Source: Candidatus Thorarchaeota archaeon (GTDB lineage: Archaea > Asgardarchaeota > Thorarchaeia > Thorarchaeales > Thorarchaeaceae). Taken from it: a stretch of DNA of 36,268 nucleotides. The notes beneath the pieces were generated by a model. The model had not been told where the DNA came from. It searched no databases and worked only from the letters and a program-made list of their open reading frames with translations. The first letter of the stretch is position 1; every line of letters starts with the position of its first letter. The position numbers were made by a program, and so were the translations under genes. The stretch lies in contig RDNZ01000028.1 in NCBI GenBank assembly GCA_011364905.1, positions 1-36,268 of the forward strand, in the 5' to 3' direction. Shown piece by piece: positions 30,244 through 36,268 of this stretch.

Positions 30244-31053
30244 TTAAGACTCTAAAACCTCATTCATCGCACCTGTTCGATATCCAAAAACGTCAAAAGT
30301 AACATACTTGAAGCCTGCTTTTTTGGATAGGTCGTGCAACTCATCTAATTTATTCTCATCGAAAAGCTTGTTTCTCTCTTCTCTGCCCACCTCGATTCTA
30401 ACCAGATCACCATGGAATCTCGCGCGCACGCATTTGACACCGAAGAGCTCCTTGACGTCTTTCTCTATCCTATCAATTCTCCTTACACGATCCTCCGTGA
30501 TCTCAGTGCCATAGGGGAATCTACTTGAGAGACAAGCCATAGAAGGTCTGTCCGCAACTGATAGTCCTGCCTGTCTTGCATATGCTCGAATTTCATCCTT
30601 TGTGATCTCTGCATCTTTAAAGGGCGAAATGACTCCAGCCTCCTCGAGTGCTCTAGCGCCGGGACGATGTCCTTCCATGTCGCTTGCATTAGTTCCCTCT
30701 ACGACGAAGTCCATGCCCAATTCCTTTGCAGCTTTCAACCAAACAGAAGCCAACTCTTTCTTACAGTGATAGCACCTGTCAACAGGATTGCTGACCAGTT
30801 CCTTGTTCGAGAGCTCATCGACTTGAATGACCTCCAGTCTAATATCCAGTTCCTTTGCCACATCTTTGGCAGCCTGCAATTCTGTTCTTGGTAATGTAAT
30901 ACTATCAACAGTCAGTAATTTGGATTCAGCGGCGCTCTGTTTTGCAATATGTGCGAGGACTGTGCTGTCTACTCCTCCACTAAATGCGACAAGAACTCTC
31001 TTTCCGCTGAACAAACTCCTAATCTTGTTGAACTTCGCATCAGTAGTATCCAT
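30244..31053 (-). CDS. larE: ATP-dependent sulfur insertase, LarE family (PP-loop, TIGR00268-like)
   Basis: VAFSGGVDS PP-loop, NPVDRCYHCK, EGTNASD, RPG, ACLSSRFPYG, RARFHG..RIEV, GYRTGAMN; start set at MDTTD (31053). Confidence 0.9.
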   Translation of the reverse strand: MDTTDAKFNKIRSLFSGKRVLVAFSGGVDSTVLAHIAKQSAAESKLLTVDSITLPRTELQAAKDVAKELDIRLEVIQVDELSNKELVSNPVDRCYHCKKELASVWLKAAKELGMDFVVEGTNASDMEGHRPGARALEEAGVISPFKDAEITKDEIRAYARQAGLSVADRPSMACLSSRFPYGTEITEDRVRRIDRIEKDVKELFGVKCVRARFHGDLVRIEVGREERNKLFDENKLDELHDLSKKAGFKYVTFDVFGYRTGAMNEVLES

Positions 31054-31127
31054 TTTCTTAGCCACATCTGGCTTCTCTCTGACTTTCTTAAGCATTAAGA
31101 AAGCGACAAATAAGGCCGGACTAGCTT

Positions 31128-32579
31128 TCACCCACTACGACGTCTTCGTATATATAGCGCAGGTACCACAATCACGATTATCAAAATCCCTGTGAGAATG
31201 ATTACTGGGTCCAACGAAACAGTTTTTCCGAAAACTCCATGAGCGTAGTAGACATCCATCTCATTGTTTCTGCCATCAGTCCATACAATATGGGGGACTC
31301 CATCAGAATCAATCTGAATACATAGATAATCCCCCGGCCGTGTGAACGAGCTTGATGTTTGCGCACTGGCTACAGGAATTGGATTGCTGAATACTGGGCT
31401 ATCATGCTCATCACCCGTGAACGTCAAGGTGCGATAATATGGTCTATAGTATCCATCATGTTCATCATAATAGACGATATGGAGCCGCCCATATGCATCA
31501 ATAGCCATCTCTGGATTCCATTGATTTCCTTCCACAGATGGATTCACGCGTAAGCGATTGCTCCAAGTATCTCCAAAATCATCCGAGTAACGAAGATAGA
31601 CATCAAAGGCATTATCACCATCGTCATAACCATCTGCCCAAAGCACGTATAGTCTATCATTCTGATCAAGGCGTACCACTGGAAGCGTGATTTTTCCAGG
31701 CGCTGATGTAGAATAGTTGCCATCATTGTTTATGAACTGGCTCTCCTGAAATGTGAACCCGCCATCCTCACTCTTGGTGAACTCTACGTTTCCCCAACTT
31801 AATGTTACTGGCTCTAAATAGAGCCATACGACACACAACTTGTCCTCACTGCTGAGTGCCATATAGGGAAGTCCTTTCCATGGAGTTGGCTCAGTAATAT
31901 TGCATATTTCCTGATACGAGTCACCTCCGTCAATAGACCGACTAAGGCGGATGGTGGCATTTCCCACTATGGTCGCATCATCGGTGTCGTCATAGATCAT
32001 GTATATGGTCCCATCATCACTGATTACCATCATTTCTTTATCCGCAAAGTACTCCCCATAAGATGCTGTCACTGGTGTCCAAGAAGCGCCATAATCATCA
32101 CTCTTTGCAATGGTAATCTGAGAGAGCTGAGGACCAGATATTGAATACTCCAAATAAGCGTAGTAGATAATCCCGTCATGCCATACTAGCCATGGATCAG
32201 ACTGGCCAGTAGTGCCACTAGTAAACATTGGCATGCTGTAGGGACTGGACCAAGTAGCGCCTCCATCAACAGACTTTGCCATGCTGACCCGAATCCCGGG
32301 GCCATTGTCAGTGTTCGACTCCTTCCATCCCGCGAAAAATGTGCCGTTATCACTAATCGCCATGGTTGTTTCTACATGATGTGGATATGCGGAGTCATCG
32401 GTCGAGAGGAGGATATTCGAGGAGAAACTGCTCACTTCAGATGCTGAGTCATCTTGAAGGCTTTGAGATAGTGCTTTTGGGGTCTCATACTCCTTGGTAA
32501 ATGCTCCTCCTCCACTAGGCAGCATAGGCAATACTAGTAGTAATCCAAGAACGAGAAACAACAAACCACGATTAGTCAT
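31128..32579 (-). CDS. BNR/Asp-box beta-propeller (sialidase-fold) surface protein, paralogue 2
   Basis: Five Asp boxes; collinear and highly similar to 18874-20337. Confidence 0.88.
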   Translation of the reverse strand: MTNRGLLFLVLGLLLVLPMLPSGGGAFTKEYETPKALSQSLQDDSASEVSSFSSNILLSTDDSAYPHHVETTMAISDNGTFFAGWKESNTDNGPGIRVSMAKSVDGGATWSSPYSMPMFTSGTTGQSDPWLVWHDGIIYYAYLEYSISGPQLSQITIAKSDDYGASWTPVTASYGEYFADKEMMVISDDGTIYMIYDDTDDATIVGNATIRLSRSIDGGDSYQEICNITEPTPWKGLPYMALSSEDKLCVVWLYLEPVTLSWGNVEFTKSEDGGFTFQESQFINNDGNYSTSAPGKITLPVVRLDQNDRLYVLWADGYDDGDNAFDVYLRYSDDFGDTWSNRLRVNPSVEGNQWNPEMAIDAYGRLHIVYYDEHDGYYRPYYRTLTFTGDEHDSPVFSNPIPVASAQTSSSFTRPGDYLCIQIDSDGVPHIVWTDGRNNEMDVYYAHGVFGKTVSLDPVIILTGILIIVIVVPALYIRRRRSG

Positions 32580-32871
32580 CAGCTATGAATCCTCCTAGTT
32601 TTTCTATCATCTAGGCTTTATTCAGTAGGTTGAGGAATATTATAACCTCTACCGTGAAAGCAATTCATTAGAAGTTTCACAGACATCGTTGCACAAAAAT
32701 GAGCAAAATTGTATATTGACGCTCAATCTCCGACCCTGTAAACCTTGGTGATATAACAAACCTAATACGCTTACCGAGAACAGAAGCAAATCTAGCAGAC
32801 CGCACAACAAAAAGATTGACCAGCTCGTTGTGCTATGGTCACTATATGAATGAAGAATAAGGTGTACCAAT

Positions 32872-33300
32872 TTGTCATATCTCTATACACTTTTGGACCG
32901 ATTTGATTGTGATGAGGGAAATTCACTGAAGAGAGCAATTGATGTACTTGATATGATTGAATTTTCAATTACATATCCAGCATGCAATACAATTACTAAA
33001 GAAGGAATCAAAGATATTGACATTCGAGTCAAGAAAATTCAGACCGAACTGAAAGACGACCCCATTCTTGTCCGTAAGATTGGAAAATGGTGGGACAAGC
33101 GTGAAAAATGCCGGAACATAGCAGAGGGAGTTCATAAAATGGGATCTGATCATATTTCCTCTCTGCAATATCATGAAAGAATAATGAGCATCAGAAAAGC
33201 AAAGATTGCATTGATTAAGCGTCTGAAAGGCCAGGAATTGTCGCTCAAGGAACATGGGCTTTTCGGAAGTAAATATCCACATACGATAGTGCACAATTAA
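32872..33300 (+). CDS. Hypothetical protein
   Basis: 142-aa ORF preceded by an aggtg SD-like sequence and a TATA-like ctatatg. Confidence 0.55.
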   Translation: MSYLYTLLDRFDCDEGNSLKRAIDVLDMIEFSITYPACNTITKEGIKDIDIRVKKIQTELKDDPILVRKIGKWWDKREKCRNIAEGVHKMGSDHISSLQYHERIMSIRKAKIALIKRLKGQELSLKEHGLFGSKYPHTIVHN

Positions 33301-33416
33301 TTACTGTTGTTTCTGGTTAAACTGGAGTCGCTCTTGATATTGTTTAACTCTCGCTGCACGTAGTTCTCTTATGTAAAAGGCTATTAGTCACAATGAGTTA
33401 ACTATATTGAAGAAAT

Positions 33417-33659
33417 ATGAAAGTGATGTCTAAACGGACCAAGCTGTCATCAGAAGAGGTGCTTGAGAGAGCCAAAAACTTCTTCGAAAACAATAGTGGT
33501 CTGAAGTTAGCAGATGAAACAGCGAATTGTTGTATTGAATTCTCCAGTAATCTTGGATTTGTCATAGTCCAAATTCAAAATGAGCCTCAAAGCAGAGAGG
33601 TAGTAGTGAGGACTCAGGAGTATGAGTATCAGATTCAGGAGTTTTTGGGGAAAATCTAG
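33417..33659 (+). CDS. Small conserved-looking hypothetical protein
   Basis: 80-aa ORF with protein-like composition. Confidence 0.65.
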   Translation: MKVMSKRTKLSSEEVLERAKNFFENNSGLKLADETANCCIEFSSNLGFVIVQIQNEPQSREVVVRTQEYEYQIQEFLGKI

Positions 33660-33860
33660 TCCATACAGAAAAGTCGCTGAAACATGTCTAATCTATCCTT
33701 ACAGCCTTTCAAATCTACAAAGGTTTGCACAATCAAATGATACATAGTTTTCTTCAATCTAGCAGCTGCTTTATTTGAAGCCAAGGCATTCAAGATTTGC
33801 AGAACATTGAGCAAGTCTGAACCGCAATGTCCATGATATCTGAAAGGATATGAGATTCCC

Positions 33861-35468
33861 TTGACCAAAAAAATCGTGACTTTTGAGCCATCAGGGCTCA
33901 GGATCAAAGTAAATGAAACAGTCACAATTCTGGATAGTGCTCGTAGAATAGGCTTGTATCTACCATCAGAGTGTGGAGGGAAAGGGACTTGCGGAAAGTG
34001 CTTGGTCTTAGTAGAACCACCTCCAGAACCTACAGAAGTTGACTATACTTACATCTCCCAGTCCGACCTTGAGAATGGAATACGGCTAGCCTGCCAACAT
34101 GGAATTCAGAGAGATACGCGCGTTGCGATGAAGCAGACCACAATTCCGGTCAAGATACTCATAGACGGAGCGTTGAGCACGGAGAAGTGGAACATCGACA
34201 CGAGTCTTGAGCGCCAGAAAGGCGTGGCAATCGACTTGGGAACGACAACAATTGTTGCTTACCTCCTAGATCTGGAAACAGGTATTCAGATAGGTCATGC
34301 GGCATGCCTGAATCCTCAGATTATGTATGGCGAAGATGTCATGTCGCGTATTTCATACGCAGCCCTTGAGGATGGTGGAGTTGAGGTACTCAGAAACATA
34401 GTCGTGCGTAGAGTTGAAGAACTCATTATTGAGCTGATTGAGTCCGCACATGTAAGCCCTCAGGACCTTAGCAGACTAACAATAGTAGGAAATCCTGCGA
34501 TGCACCACCTCTTTCTTGGCTTGAACACAAAACCGCTAGGTGTGGCACCATATGAACCAGTCATCAAGAATGCCCTTAACAAGAGCGGCGAGGAACTGGG
34601 ATTCACCAATATCAAGAAGGTTGGATCATACCTAGCCCCAAACATTGCAGGATTTGTGGGAGGCGATACTGCTGCATTCATCCTATCTCAACGGTTAGAC
34701 TCAACTGATAAGATTGTGCTTGGAATTGATATTGGTACCAATGGTGAGATACTTCTCTCGGTAAAAGGAGAATTGTTCTGTTGTTCTGCTGCTGCAGGAA
34801 GTGCCTTTGAAGGAGCAACAATACGGCATGGTATGAGGGGACAAGAAGGCGCAATAGAGTATGTATCGATCTCAGATCCCAACAAAGCACCGGAAATCTC
34901 TGTCATAGGCAATATTCCTCCAAAAGGAATCTGTGGATCTGGTATCGTTGACATTGTTTCAGAGCTAAAGGCATCAGGAATCATAGAGTCGAGTGGAAGA
35001 ATGCTGGAATCGAGTAGAGTGGTTGATTTCGATGGAGTAAAGGCATATACTATCATTAAACCTGGTGAAGATGATTCCCAGCAGTCAATAGTTTTCACCC
35101 AGAAAGACATTAGACAAGTACAACTCGCCAAGGGAGCAATTCTTGCAGGTGCGAGTATCTTGATGCATTCTACCGGTGTAAAAGTTGCAGATATTGATAT
35201 GCTTCTACTTGCCGGTGCATTTGGTAATTACATCAACCCGAGGAGTGCATTATCCATAGGGCTTTTGCCTCCAGTTGATATAGAAAGAGTCACTCCTGTT
35301 GGTAATGCTGCTGGGGAGGGGGCAAAGAGGATGCTTCTTTCCCTTCAAGAAAGAACGCTGATTGAACAAGTAGCCGAGAGAGTCAATTACCTTGAACTCG
35401 CGCAATACGAGAGCTTTGCCCAAATCTTCTCCCGAGCAACGACACTTGAAGGTAAGATGCCCATTTAG
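33861..35468 (+). CDS. Reductive activator of corrinoid proteins (RACo / DUF4445, ASKHA ATPase with N-terminal [2Fe-2S] domain)
   Basis: CGGKGTCGKC...RLACQ; AIDLGTTT; GEDVMSRI; FVGGD; DIGTNGE; GICGSG; QLAKGAI; AGAFG. Confidence 0.93.
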   Translation: MTKKIVTFEPSGLRIKVNETVTILDSARRIGLYLPSECGGKGTCGKCLVLVEPPPEPTEVDYTYISQSDLENGIRLACQHGIQRDTRVAMKQTTIPVKILIDGALSTEKWNIDTSLERQKGVAIDLGTTTIVAYLLDLETGIQIGHAACLNPQIMYGEDVMSRISYAALEDGGVEVLRNIVVRRVEELIIELIESAHVSPQDLSRLTIVGNPAMHHLFLGLNTKPLGVAPYEPVIKNALNKSGEELGFTNIKKVGSYLAPNIAGFVGGDTAAFILSQRLDSTDKIVLGIDIGTNGEILLSVKGELFCCSAAAGSAFEGATIRHGMRGQEGAIEYVSISDPNKAPEISVIGNIPPKGICGSGIVDIVSELKASGIIESSGRMLESSRVVDFDGVKAYTIIKPGEDDSQQSIVFTQKDIRQVQLAKGAILAGASILMHSTGVKVADIDMLLLAGAFGNYINPRSALSIGLLPPVDIERVTPVGNAAGEGAKRMLLSLQERTLIEQVAERVNYLELAQYESFAQIFSRATTLEGKMPI

Positions 35469-35525
35469 TATTTTTTAATTTCCAGTTTGCAATTATTTAT
35501 TTACTGAACCTGAGAAGTCACTTGT

Positions 35526-35762
35526 ATGATTGAAGTTACTCTCTATGGCGACGTAAAAAAGATAGTAGTGGAGAACAATCCCGACGCCAAATCAATAATG
35601 CTCTACGATTACGTTGAAGGTGAGAATTTTCAGGACTTCTTGCACCGTCTAGGCTTGGATCTGGAGGTTGTTGGTGATTGCTACATCAACAATACTCTCG
35701 CAGAACCCGATAAGGTTCTTCATGACCGTGATACATTAGAGCTTAACCAACGAACTACCTGA
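35526..35762 (+). CDS. MoaD/ThiS-like beta-grasp protein without C-terminal Gly-Gly
   Basis: MIEVTLYG...DFLHRLGL...YINN...VLHDRDTLEL pattern; ends NQRTT. Confidence 0.65.
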   Translation: MIEVTLYGDVKKIVVENNPDAKSIMLYDYVEGENFQDFLHRLGLDLEVVGDCYINNTLAEPDKVLHDRDTLELNQRTT

Positions 35763-35853
35763 CACCTTGAATCTCAATTCCCTTCGTTTCAATGAAAGAT
35801 TGAACCCCTACAACATATGCAAACAGTGTTCTATTCTGAAGACAATGGGCAGT

Positions 35854-36268
35854 TCAGATACCATCTTTGAAAGACTCTACGAGCTGCGAAAGTTTCTGGA
35901 CATCTACATCTCTCGCATAGAGCGGTGTTTCATCCTCCTCATAAACCCCTGATTCATCCTCAAAGGTTGGTTTTAGAGGATTCACATAGAACACGCCTAG
36001 TGGTAACTTCTTTGTTTCTAGCGATTTCTTGAGAGCTGCCATCTGGTCGCTAGGATTATGAGAATCATCCAGATAATACGTATGCTCTTTGAACCACTTG
36101 AAAGTGTTCACCCTATTGTAGGTCACGCAGGGCTGGAAGATATCAACCAACGCAAATCCTTTGTGTTTAATGGCCTTCTTCATTATCTCTTTTGTTTCAT
36201 CCCTATCGCCGATGAAAGCTCTTGCCACAAATGAAGCATCCATTGAAATCGCCAGAGCAAGTGGATTG
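35854..36268 (-). CDS. Partial (C-terminus) 2-oxoacid:ferredoxin oxidoreductase beta subunit
   Basis: ASFVARAF...KAIKHKGFALVDIFQPCVTYN...LPLGVFY..KPTFE; the frame continues to the window edge. Confidence 0.9.
   Translation of the reverse strand, partial: NPLALAISMDASFVARAFIGDRDETKEIMKKAIKHKGFALVDIFQPCVTYNRVNTFKWFKEHTYYLDDSHNPSDQMAALKKSLETKKLPLGVFYVNPLKPTFEDESGVYEEDETPLYARDVDVQKLSQLVESFKDGI

Overview
Archaeal chromosomal window; the divergent 16S rRNA and the gene repertoire suggest an Asgard archaeon, probably Thorarchaeota (inference, no search run). The left end holds a partial wHTH regulator, a membrane protein and an M1 aminopeptidase, followed by a stand-alone 16S rRNA gene (4252-5753) with no tRNA-Ala or 23S behind it. 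The main observation is a ~90-nt element just after the 16S gene. It is complementary to the 16S leader (4091-4156), so it is the 3' arm of the pre-16S processing stem with a bulge-helix-bulge-like half-site plus a T-rich tail. It recurs as 13 further direct, variably truncated or diverged copies out to ~27 kb (one of them tentative). The copies sit between accessory genes, usually one gene per interval, and the most distal copies are the most decayed. This looks like an integron-like gene-cassette array built on the rRNA trailer, with no integrase, transposase or reverse transcriptase in the window. Cargo includes membrane and surface proteins, an ABC exporter, a nucleotidyltransferase, a DHFR-like protein, a GNAT, a Na/Ca antiporter, Acr3 and a methyltransferase-HgcA-like-ferredoxin triple fusion. 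The right part holds an LVIVD protein, a B12-type radical SAM enzyme, LarE, a second Asp-box propeller paralogue, a RACo/ASKHA activator, a beta-grasp protein and a partial 2-oxoacid:ferredoxin oxidoreductase beta subunit.
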